From NCBI GenBank assembly GCA_012026655.1, contig JAAILG010000184.1, forward strand, positions 62,001-126,000: DNA of 64,000 bases, read 5' to 3'. The notes under the pieces were generated by a model. That model was not told where the DNA came from. It saw only the letters and a list, made by a program, of their open reading frames with translations, and searched no databases. Source of the stretch: Hydrolagus affinis. Its lineage: Eukaryota. Positions 53,136-64,000 of this stretch are shown here, piece after piece. Within the stretch, counting starts at the first letter, position 1. The number at the start of each line of letters is the position of its first letter. The position numbers and the translations under genes were made by a program.

Positions 53136-53478
53136 TACACTGCAGTCAATTAATTTGTGTGGTCTGCCTTAGAATAGAAGATACAGCCAAAATATTATAT
53201 ATTTACATGATCTCAAATGTACAAATGCCGGGTATTTTGCTGTTGTAGATGTTTCATGTCAGAAGACAGCTTATTTGGATGCAAAATTATCAAAATATTC
53301 CACAATTTGAGTCAATGCGTGGGATGAAAATCCAGGCCAATGAGAGGTTTAACACAACCAGATGTTTGTGAAAGATTCCAAATTAATTTAGTTCTTCGGC
53401 TCGCCCACAGACAGACAGACAAAATAGTTCTAACACTCCTAATGATAACATTTACATTGCTGCCTTTGGCCATACTTT
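53136..53478 (+). repeat. 343-bp direct duplication, copy 2
   Basis: Offset 542 bp from copy 1; 199-bp non-repeated spacer between the copies. Confidence 0.97.
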
Positions 53479-53504
53479 TGCTCAAAGTGTCAGAGCAAAA
53501 GAAC

Positions 53505-53572
53505 TCAGAATGGTGGGGCAGGCTTGAGGGGCCAAATGGCCTACTCCTGCTCCTAATTCTTATGTGCTTATG
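53505..53572 (+). mobile_element. CR1-clade (HER1/HE1-like) 3' terminus
   Basis: GCAGGCTTGAGGGGCCAAATGGCCTACTCCTGCTCCTAATTCTTATGTGCTTATG, the typical shark CR1 tail with an 8-nt terminal repeat. Confidence 0.85.
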
Positions 53573-53693
53573 AACTGCTATTAATTCACAGGGGGTTAGT
53601 CTGCTGTCCAGGGACAGCATGGTACTCATTAATAGGAACTGAGTGTGAAATTAGTCATCCATCATTACTTGATGGGAAATGGAGTGGAGTAAA

Positions 53694-54184
53694 GCCCGTG
53701 TCCTCTGCAACTCCAAGCTTTGTGACCCCATCTCCCCCATTCTCGCCCGACTCCATTGGCTCCCCATCACCTAGAGGATTCAATTCAAGATCCTGGTCCT
53801 TACCTTCAAAGCCCTCCATGGGCCTGGCCCCACGTTACCTCTGCAAACTCCGAACCTGCCCGCTCCCTCTGCTCAGTGGGCTTCGGCCTGCTCTATGTCC
53901 CCCGACCATCCAACCAGCGACAGCCGAGCTTTCAGCCACTCTGCCTCTAACCTATGGAATTCCATCCATTAGACCCTCCACCTCGGCCCCTCCCTAGTCA
54001 CCTTCAAGCCCCGCCTCAAGACCCTCCTCTTCGACGGTCCCATCGGTGTTCCCAAATCCCTTCTTTTCCCTTCATCCTCCCAATCCCAACCCCAGCTCAG
54101 ATCTGAAACGTTGACTGTCCAGCACCTTCGGTTGTCCTCCTGATGTGGAAGACGCTATACAAATTATGTTTTGTTATTGTTGTT
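53694..54184 (+). mobile_element. 5'-truncated L2 LINE (ORF2 C-terminus plus 3' UTR)
   Basis: Translates ARVLCNSKLCDPISPILARLHWLPIT*RIQFKILVLTFKALHG, then frameshifted LAPRYLCKL; ends in a (TTG)n-like tail. Confidence 0.92.
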
Positions 54185-54724
54185 TCCTGTGACTCATGGG
54201 TACAACTCCACCCTTCCTTGCCAATTATATAAAGTAGTGAATCAGTGACTGTCCATATCGGTCTAGTTTAGTGATTCCAATGGAGGCGGAAAATGAAGCT
54301 GTCTTATGTATTCAGACATGGTATAATGCTGCTCTTGCGAATGACACATTACATACAGAGGTAAACCTTGACTGTTAAAAGGTTGGGTGAAACCAATCCA
54401 TTTAATTGTTAGTTATTTTGCATTCAGTGGCGGAACAAAATACTCAGTCAGGAGCAAAAGTTCCTCCTGTTTTCTCCTATTATTAGGTTGACAGGTTACT
54501 GCAACAAAGGTGTATTGAATGCTTGGGGAAATGCTAAAAATGTTTGCATACAGTATTGTGTAGCTGTAACATCAGTCACAGCCTGTCATGCTGTGCCAAC
54601 CCAGCTGAGTAATATCTCAATAGTTGTACAATATCCAGAAGGTACCAGTTAAGAATATGACAAGGACCAAAGATAATACAACAAGAGAATAGCTAGGCTG
54701 AGCTTATATCGAGCAAGCCTTTGA

Positions 54725-54876
54725 GAATTTCTTCTTCGACCATGCTATCAATCATCCTTCCATCCCCCAACGCCCCAATCCCGCCCCCCAGTTCAGGTCC
54801 AAAACGCTGTCCATCACCTTGGAACGTCCTCCCAACATGAAAGGCACTATACAAATGTAATTTTGTTATTGTTGTT
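54725..54876 (+). mobile_element. L2 3' UTR fragment
   Basis: CTTCGACCATGC...CACCTTGGAACGTCCTCCCAACATGAAAGGCACTATACAAATGTAATTTTGTTATTGTTGTT. Confidence 0.8.
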
Positions 54877-56952
54877 CATTGCATCAAGTAATGGTCAACT
54901 TGGAAATACAGGATGAAATGGTTGAAACAAATACAATTTTAAATAATTTGTCAAACTGCATCATTTACAAGCTGTAACAGAGTGGGTTTCCGGGACTTGG
55001 TGATGTTTAATGTAACTTGAAAGACTAGATTCTGTAACATCTGAGAAGCCTTACAAAAATGCAGATATTCAAATTATAACACAGTGCAGAGGGAGATACA
55101 GCAAATTCTTGGCTACAGTTTCTTTACCCCTTGCTCTCAGGAACCAATTCTGGTGAGCACTGCATGCAGCTCATGTTGAGCTAAAACCTTTAAAGCAACA
55201 GCATTCTTTATATTCCTCATTGCAAAAGTGACTTTTTCTGTTGCAAGCGACGGATAAACTTCATTCCATGAATGCCAAAAATGTCATATGGAGGATAGGT
55301 AATCTTATTTTTGCCTCAACAGTGCCCTTTTCAATATTGCTGCAAATCAAAATGAAATAATGTGCAATCCACATATTAAATTTGTGTGTCTGATTTTCTT
55401 TCTGTTTAAGAAAAGGTCCCAAACTATTTGTAATGGTACAGTGGAGAAACACATACAAAGAAATGAAGATATGTATCACTAAATCGATTGAATTATGCCT
55501 TGGTTGATGGATAGATGTAGGGTACTGAACAAGACTGTAGGCTTTCACTTGAGTTTTTCGAAGGGAAAAAACAAGGTTTCTATCATTTTCAGAATGAAAA
55601 TGAAATGACCTTGGGCATTCAAGTGTATGTGGCTCCATTAACCGATTTTCTAAACTGATTTTCGATCAGCTTAAGGTGAAGCAAATGCTTTTTGCACTTA
55701 AAATTGAATATGAAAGTTAATCTCTGACAATTGTTGGGATTGACAAGAGATTCCAGCAAAATGATAGTCAAATGAACTTAATATGTATTTCAAACAGATC
55801 ACGTGGGAAAAATTACTGTCAAATAACTTAAATTCAATGAAAGCAAATCTTAAATACAATACCTTAAGAAAATGCAAAGCAAACTTTGATCCCAGACAGG
55901 GAACCATTTATTTTGAAAATATAAAGCAGCCTCTGCTATTACAATAAGAGAACAATCATTTTCTTCTAACATTTTATACCTTTTTTACGGAATTTTACAT
56001 TAAATATAGCACCTTTCACATCAGACATCGTAAAGCACTCTGCATAGCTGTCAGAGACTCCACCAAGTAGTTGATGAGGCAACTCTGAAGCTTGGGGTAA
56101 CAGCTGCCAGAAGGTGTTACCTGAAGTCTGAGATTGTGAACACACACCCATTCACACATCCCGCGCCTGGAACTCACCTTGAGAGATAAGCAGCGGCTGC
56201 TTAAACTCTGCCGCTCCAACTGGTGCAACTATCACTCAATGGGAAGGGATGTGTGCTCGAGCTGCAGACAGGAAGATGCTGGCAATGATCTCACGCATTT
56301 CATTGCTCCCTCACCTGCACCCAATACTGTACTTTCCAAAATTTGGTATGCAGGAACCAAGGAGCTCCAGGGAGCGAGTGCACATTCCATTCCATTCCAA
56401 TAAACATCTCCGGAATTTCAATGCATAGGTTGGGTTAATAGAACTCTCAGTTTGGTTTGGATATTCTTAAGCATGCTGATGGTTTTCAGCATTAGGCTGA
56501 CCAAAAATAAAAATGATTTCAGGGGTCAGTGGAGGAGGAAAGGAGAGCACTGCTCAGTTCATATGGTAACTTTGTCATGCATGGCATTGTATCATCATGC
56601 TATGTATTGGTCTGTAGTTAGCACATTGCATCACTGAGATAAGACTTTCCACCACAAGAGGAGCAGTTGAACGTGTTTAGGTGCTATGTGGTGACATTAT
56701 AAAACTGTAAATTCAGTGTGAAAATCCTGGCTTAATAAAGGCAATGGAAAGATGTCCTGCTGCGAAAAGCAATGCTAGAGTCAAGTGAAATAATATGCGT
56801 ATAATAGGAATTTAGTGCTATTGAATTAAATTGGATAATTGCTGTGTACAGATTAACATTTCTTACAACCAGCATCTGCTGTTGTAACTCATGACATATA
56901 AGACATGCTTTCTGTATCATTATGGCAAAACATCTAAAAGTAAATTACAAAG

Positions 56953-57004
56953 ATAATAATCCTTGAATTTGATACAGCATATTATGATGTTGAAATGTCT
57001 CAAA
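56953..57004 (-). mobile_element. Young SINE tail fragment
   Basis: ATAATAATCCTTGAATTTGATACAGC...ATGTCTCAAA. Confidence 0.6.
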
Positions 57005-57032
57005 AAAAACCTTTGCACTTTTTTTTGGTAAC

Positions 57033-57235
57033 CAACAACAATTTCCATTTATATAGTGCCGGGTGGCATCTCCGAGTCCTTCACTGTGGCAGAGCCCGAG
57101 CCGAGCCAGGGGGAGGGGAAGGGGGAAGATGACCGTAACCACTGTCGAAGAGAAAATCTTCAGGTGCAACCTGAAGATGGGAAAGGTGGGGATGAGGCAA
57201 AGGGGTTGAGGTATTCTTCCCACATGGTGCTGGCA
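57033..57235 (-). mobile_element. L2 3' end
   Basis: CAACAACAATTTCCATTTATATAGTGCC tail followed by a purine-rich reverse-complement UTR and ORF end. Confidence 0.6.
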
Positions 57236-60200
57236 TGCCAGCCCAGACTATCAACTCAAAATCTGGATTTAGGTGAAAGTACTATAATGGACCTGGGTTG
57301 ACACCAATTTGAGAAAATTTTGTAGTGTAAAAGAGAAAAAGAAGTTTATTCAGTGCAAATCCTAACCAAGTCAAATGTAATCCTTGAAACAATGTCAACG
57401 TCCAGTGATTTCTGCAAAACCATAGTTTTTCCTTTTTTCTTTGATCTCCAGTATTTAGCTAGTCAGTTTCAGGCTTTAACTGCAACAGTCTGTCTCCTCT
57501 CCCTTCTTCACATTGCCCGCCTGTGCCTAACCTCAGGGCTCATTTCAGCTTTAGCTCCTCTCGTATCTGCTCTTCCTCTCAAGAGGAACAGTTCCTCTGG
57601 TCTGCTTATTCACAGCTTTAGCTTTGCCAGGGAAACTCTTATGTTCATCTCCCTCTGTGGTTTCCTTTGTTCCCTTTGACAATCCATAGGGCACAGCTCA
57701 TGTGTTCAAAGTTAGTGTGGCTTTGTTGGCCTGTGAACCTAGATGGACTACCTGTATCCCACTGCGTCAGCTCTATTGCTAGTCAAAATAAGGGCTGATT
57801 CAGCAATTTATTGGCTTACATGCTCCAATTCTCAGATGCACAATCTTGTAGCCAGACCACCTGACTATGTATAATATCTCTAGGCATAAAAACAATATAT
57901 AACTGCTCTTTATAATTTATTCTCTGCTTATCAGACACTTGCTGACAGCTCACTCTATAAGTTCCAAAACATCATTTATAAATTAAGCATGCACTCTTGA
58001 AATGACAGTAAAATTCAACTGATTTCAGAGTAAAATAAATAAATGTTAACAGTTCACTTTTATTTAAGGCCATATTTTATACACCCTCTTGAATTCCAAC
58101 ATTTCTGTGATTAGCCAACAGGAATTACAGTTGTGTTCAGTGATGTGTGTATGTGTGTGTGAAGGTGATGGGGGAGGGGTTATGTGTTTGAATCTGATAT
58201 GATTTGAATCGGATTCCTTAAAATGAAAAACAAAGTCTGTTATGTTGACCTGTAATACATCTGCTTCAAAACAATTAGCTTTCTGAGCCAAGGTCCTATA
58301 GCCATTTTCATGTTGTTAAGATGTGTCCGTTTTGTGTAACTGATGTTATGCCCGCATGACATATGAGACGTGTGCAAAATAGACGCCTGGCACAATGCCT
58401 GTATCACGCTTGTGTGTGTGTGTGTTTGAGATAGGTGTAACGCTTGCATGACATGTGTATGACATAATTTGCAAACATACCGTTACTGGAATGACATCTC
58501 CACTCAGTTTCTTTATTAGAAATCCTGTTAGAAATAGAGCATAGTGCTAACACTCCTCTTCCAGCTGCTTCCTTAGGATTGAATGCTCCAGTGCTGTAAA
58601 GTAATTGAACTGGCAGCCTAACGAAGAACTGCTAAGGCTGGCAGGTTGGAGTTCCATGAAACACTGGGATTCCAACCTGATGTCAACCAGATTGTTATCC
58701 AAAATGTTCTCGCTGCTTTGTATCACCAGCAAACCACCCAGCATACATATACTTTCATTCATTCATACAGTACATTCATACAGGGTTCAAACATTACTGT
58801 TCAAATGTGTGATCCCAAAGAGTACAATATCTGATCCAAACCACTGAGGAGTTTTGTGGTTATGAACAACTCTCATCGGAAAAATTTTGCGCTGTGAAAA
58901 AATATTAAAGACATAAATCTTAGAGAAATGTAATTTTTCTTCCTAAGATATATGCAGATGACCCACTCCCCCCACCCCTTACTGAACATGCCCTGCAAGC
59001 AAATTGTTTTTTTTAAATTGCATGCTTGATGCCATGCTGGGTGTTTTATTGCAAGTAGTATTTAAAAAGAGCAGAAGTATCCAACTCATTAGTTAGTTCG
59101 AAGCTATATTTATGAAAAAAAATCACACTCAATTTCTGTGTTTCATAATAACATTAGTGATTTTAGCTTAAAGCATCACAGTGAATATAATAGATAATAT
59201 CATTACAGGGAGAAGGCCAGAAGTTCTCTGCAGCAGGATATGTTCCTGCACTTAATCTGGCCCAGTAAACTCGCTGTACATGTATAGTGGATTTTAGTTA
59301 TAATCTATGTTACATGGAGTGTTTCTTATATTAGAATGCCAGCGATCACTGTGATCTGCAGGTCGTAAAACAACAAGGAGTCATTACATTCCAGCAAGGA
59401 GTGCATCAGTTTAAATAGAACAAATAGTTCATATTTACATTGCTCTTTGAAATTAGCAATAATAAATTAGCAGTGAATGCAAAACATTGCCTAAGTTTCA
59501 ATGTAACCGGTATTGTTCTTAGGAATATCTTCTTAGAAAAATGGATGTCATGGGACATATCAAGTTTATTAAATATTGGTTATCACCAAGGTTGATATAC
59601 AGTACTCCTGTCGTTCGACCTCAACCTGAAATTGTGGACTCCTCTTTTGTAGATCAATTAGACCATGAGCAGTCTCACTCGTGAACATGTTCCTTCCAAA
59701 AGATTATTTTGTCAGTGGCAATGAAAATTTAAGTTCTCATTTCCAACCTATTGCCATAGAAGATCTGGCATTTCTGGCCACGGAGATCATGATAGCTCGT
59801 GAATGTCTATATCTCTCTGGGAATAACCCCTACCCTTTCCTTTTAATGACCGCGTCTTGCCAGATTTCATCTCGAGCCCTGGGCAATTCTGTCATGCTTT
59901 TCACGAACAGCATTTCTTTATTCTTCATAACTTTCATAATGAGAATGTCCATTTCCTCCTGAAAGAAATTTCCCTTGTAGCAGCATGGGAGCTCCTCTCA
60001 GTCATTTCTGCTTATTGCAACACAGTTGCAGCGACTTTTAAAATGGCAGATTTCCTTAACGAGCAAGTATTAGCAGGGACTCATTCACTGACTTCTTGCA
60101 TTCGGTTTTGAACCTTTCCATATCTTTTGAAATTGACGTATTTGCAAAAGATAAGCAATGCAGAGGTTTTTTTTTACCAACAAGCTAATAGAAAAAATGT

Positions 60201-60986
60201 GCTTTTTCAATACAGAGTACAGTACATACATGGATGGTGTAGCTGTAGGGGGAATGAAACATTTTAATCATTTGAACTCAATAACATCCCCAGCATTGTG
60301 GTCACTTTTCATCTCAGCCCAAACTCCCTTTAGAAAGGTTAATCCGAGCCACAACTCTGTTATTTTAACTCAGTGAAGTCACAATGAGGTTCTTTAAGTT
60401 CAACTCTCTCCATGGGTTTGAGTGCAAGGGGTTTAAATAAAGATTTAAATATACAGTATGTGTTCAATCTCAATGCCTGGCATAATAGGATATTTTGTGG
60501 TGAAAAAAACAGGAACCATAAGCAAGGAATTCCTTCAGATGTTCAATATATTCTCAGGTTTCCAACAGAAACAACAACAAATTGCATTCATATACCACGT
60601 TTCCCATCAGTATGACAACCCAAAGTGCTGGAGAAATTTTTAATTTACTGACTAAAGTAAATTATTCAGTGTGTTTATTCAGTCATACCTCAGTGTCTGA
60701 ATAAAAGCTGTTTATGTTCAAGGTATGTTCAGTTATTAATTGACAAGTGGATTGATTGATCTCACAATCTTCAATGATGAGAGGCTATGAAGTAGCTTTG
60801 GAAAGGGTTCAGTCCAAGTAAGCATGCTGAGAATGCTACTTTATTTGAAAAAAACGTTTTAAGTACTATGCAATAGGAATACTGTAGGAAATTGGTCATT
60901 TATGAGTGGCCTGACAGACTGACATCCTCAAGCATTTTTGAAAGGTGGAGCAAAAATATTGTAAATGACGAAATATCATCGCATTA

Positions 60987-61887
60987 CAGGTAAACCTCTA
61001 TTTAGGATGGGGTTGTGTTCCTGAAAAACTGTTCTCAGATCAAAACGTCCTAAATCGAAACGCAGTTTCCCATGCAGTCCCATTATATAACCTGAGATGC
61101 GTTCTTTTCACAAAATTTTCAGACCTTAATCCCACTAAATAACACACAAAGCACACAAAATAACACACATAGGGAAGAAGGCACTTGGAGTAACTATACA
61201 CTATTGTACTTTAATACTGGCAAACTTTAATACAGTTCTATGTTTTGATAATTTGCTTGTACCTGCAGCTGTAACACACCTTGAACTTGCCAGTATATTG
61301 TCCGTATTCTGTTTTATAGTAGCCACCATCGATCTAGCTAGCCCTAAAGCCCTCCCGATGTCTGTACCTTTTTTGCCGGACTCGATGCGCTTTATCACCT
61401 CCAATTTAATATTTAAAGTGATGACTTTGCAGGGTTTCTGGCCGCTAGTGGTATTACTGCTGCTTATTTCACTTACTGCTGTCTTTTCCCAACTTGGTAT
61501 AAACGCGGTAGAGGCTGTATATCGCTCGAAGTTGCTCGGGAATGTTTGGAAATTACTGTAGTACTGACGTGGCGTGGTGTCGCTTCAAAATCAGATGGCT
61601 TTTAAACAATCACGTAGCGACATGCTATTGGCCAGTTCAAACGCTTGGATACTATATCAGGTGCGAGCGCGATTTACCCGCGAATACACTATGGACTGTG
61701 CATATGGACAAAAAGGACGTGCCCAAAATGACTGCAATATTCAAAATATGTACTACGCATGCGCAAAAAATAATTTTGTTCGTTAAAACAAAACCAAGTG
61801 TCCTATATCAATAAAAAGGTATTAAAAGATTATGTTTGCTCAATCAAAACGTCCTAAATAGAAGCATCCTTAATCGAGGCTTACCTT
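60987..61887 (-). mobile_element. Internally deleted Tigger/pogo (Tc1/mariner superfamily) DNA transposon, 901 bp
   Basis: TA at 60985-60986 and 61888-61889; 23-bp imperfect TIRs CAGGTAAACCTCTATTTAGGATG / CATCCTTAATCGAGGCTTACCTT; subterminal ATCAAAACGTCCTAAAT at both ends; transposase N-terminus inside. Confidence 0.9.
61201..61500 (-). pseudogene. Truncated Tigger/pogo transposase (CENP-B-type N-terminal HTH only)
   Basis: Open frame KVITLNIKLEVIKRIESGKKGTDIGRALGLARSMVATIKQNTDNIL matches the HTH_psq/CENP-B_N pattern; no DDE domain; ATA at 61498-61500 may be a decayed ATG. Confidence 0.85.
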
Positions 61888-63564
61888 TACTTGATCTAGA
61901 GGAAAAAACACAATCATGTGTTATGGGATCAATAAAAAAAAAGAGCTTTTCTCTATTCAGCCTCAATAACCACATTATCAAAATCCCTTTCAAGGTAACA
62001 CTCTACTGCTTATAATCTATTACTGTGCCACACCAATGTTGTGTGTTGAATAAAGCAAATATATTGGAATCATTTGAAAATAACACACAAGAAAATTAAT
62101 GGGAACTATGGTTTCATTGGTGATTGTCAGTAACACTGAAGATCCTGGCTGCTTACCAGTTTGAAGGCAGTAATGATAGGGCTGAATGTTTGCCATGGTG
62201 ATAATTACCCTCAGAAGCAATAGGGAAAAGTGGAGACTTCTGAGTCTTAGCTGATGCATGCTCATTGCTCTGTAGGAAATAGACTTTGTTGATTATAAAA
62301 CACTAGAAATAAGGATTAAAGGAAACATGGAGCAATTCATCAAACAAACTATACAGTTCAAGTGTTTGAGAAGCACAAGTATTCTTCAAAAATAATTGTA
62401 ATTTTCTGTAAAGTAATTTCTTTATGATGAGAGGATTAAAATGACAGACATTAAAAAATATATATAAGTGCTGTACTCAGGCATTTGATGTGTGGAAAAA
62501 TATATACTAATTCTCAGTGATATCAAAAGTACACATTATGAAATATATTTTAAGTAAAATGCATTTGCATGTTTTTTAAGCAGATGAAGTATCTACAATG
62601 GCAAATGTTATGAAAAATGTACACATAAAAGAAGTTAATTGTTGTATTCATGTAACTGCTTTAAATATCCTGGGGTCGAAATTCCATTTTCAATGAAACT
62701 AAAAATAAAGCATGTATTTTTGACAAGGTAAACAATGTACACCCATTATTCCAATCTGTTGAGCGAATAATTTGAATTTGTTTGTGGGAACGGAAAAAAA
62801 TAACACCTGAAGACATTGTAGCTGTGACAATGAACAATTCATGCAACTAAAGCAGAAAAGACACACTTAGCCCAAAACACGTTAAGCAAAATCTAAGAAC
62901 ACAGCTGTTGAGAGTAGAATTCTGATAAATCTAATGCAGGAACAGTTAGAGAAAAGGCCAAATTTGCAAACAAGACACTGTAACTCCTTAGTGTTGTGGA
63001 GCAATAATGTGAGCACATTGTTGTAGGTAGAGAAGCCCACGAAACATAACGAAGGAAGGAAATGTGGTAACACATAGTAGTGCCAACACTATCTAAAGCA
63101 TTTGGAGAGCTTGGTAGATTGCACAACAAATGGAAAAGCACTAAAGCATTAGTATTGGTAAGCAGTAGGATCCCAGGATGTGTAAACATCTTTAATGGTA
63201 GTTGGAGTTGTGAATTGTATGAACTAAAATGCAGTTGAGACAGGAAAAAAAAAGCAATAATATAGCAGACAAGGAAAGAAAGAAATTGAAAATTACTAGC
63301 AAATTAGGATGAGTATGGCAAAGTAGAGAAGGAATGTTCTGCAGGAAAGTATTTCTACAGACCAAAGTGCTATGTCACAAGCCCCAAAGAAAGATGAAAA
63401 TCGCACCCATCAGGACGTTGAGTGCAAAAGGTAGAGGATAAAGAACTGACCAAATTGCAGAAACGGTGGCTGATTTGAGAGTTGGGACAGTTTTGAGAAT
63501 GTGGAACAAGTCTATTGGATAATTTAAAAAGAGATGTGAGATTCCTGGCCAACAATCATCTAGT

Positions 63565-63705
63565 TTAAGTGGTCAATCACCGCACAGCATTTTGTGGGAC
63601 TTTACTGTGAATGAAATTGCCATGTTTGCCCACAAAAATAGTCATTACGCTCGCCAATATTCACCTGTAAAGAATTGTGAGATCTGTCTATGTTATAGAC
63701 ACGAG
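63565..63705 (+). mobile_element. Decayed old Deu-domain SINE 3' part
   Basis: CCTGGCCAACAA just upstream; TGGTCAATCACC..TTTGTGGGAC..TGTTTGCCCACAAAAATAGTCATT matches 13900-13990. Confidence 0.6.
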
Positions 63706-64000
63706 AGCAAATACAATTCTTTGTATTATTGGAGGAAAAGAAGCATTATTGGTTATCAGATATTATATGATGATACTCACATACCCATACTCACATACTC
63801 ACTGACTTAACTTTAAAAACAGATGAACAGAACTTCTTTTGAGAATGGAGACAAAAATATTGTCCGGTATATATGTGCATGAATAACTGGATAGTTGGTA
63901 GACAGTAGGTTCCCAGGATGTGAATCAGTGTGCAGTGTTAAAATAAATGTCTGAAATGAGGGAAATGTACACTGCAATGGCTGAAAATCATCATATCAAA

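Noticed and set aside
54095-54120. CTGAAACGTTGACTGT in the L2 3' UTR resembling half of a Penelope-type hammerhead
   Set aside because: The upstream CTGANGA half is absent here and in the paralogues near 781 and 54800.
60770-60833. ATGATGA...CTGA, a possible C/D box snoRNA
   Set aside because: Short, only a 3-bp terminal stem, and no rRNA or snRNA complementarity that I can identify.
62156-62269. Minus-strand segment encoding a signal-peptide-like MSMHQLRLRSLHFSLLLLRVII with a GTAAGC donor
   Set aside because: No convincing downstream phase-compatible exon; hydrophobic stretches are common in AT-rich chance frames.
1-64000. CRISPR array, operon or other prokaryote-type system
   Set aside because: No regularly spaced repeat-spacer array and no dense gene content; all evidence indicates vertebrate nuclear DNA.

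Overview
AT-rich, essentially non-coding vertebrate genomic DNA (intergenic or one long intron) with one 100-N assembly gap. The repeat content points to a cartilaginous fish, possibly a chimaera such as Callorhinchus milii (inference from remembered repeat families, not a database match). It includes about 14 copies or fragments of a young tRNA-derived Deu-domain SINE with an L2-like tail, older SacSINE1-like Deu SINEs, many 5'-truncated L2 3' ends ending in (TTG)n, and CR1 3' fragments. I also find a 379-bp hAT-type MITE with a perfect 8-bp TSD, a 901-bp internally deleted Tigger/pogo element keeping its N-terminal HTH, a decayed L1-clade ORF2 fragment, a 343-bp direct duplication around a 199-bp spacer, and a perfect 23-bp hairpin. 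I could not recognise any host protein-coding exon, and the ORF track is almost all chance or repeat-derived frames. I cannot support a new multi-gene system here. The best leads are the duplication, the hairpin, the covarying SINE/L2 3' stem-loop, a nested SINE, and a recurring 15-nt period among short near-tandem duplications. Boundaries of decayed repeats are approximate.
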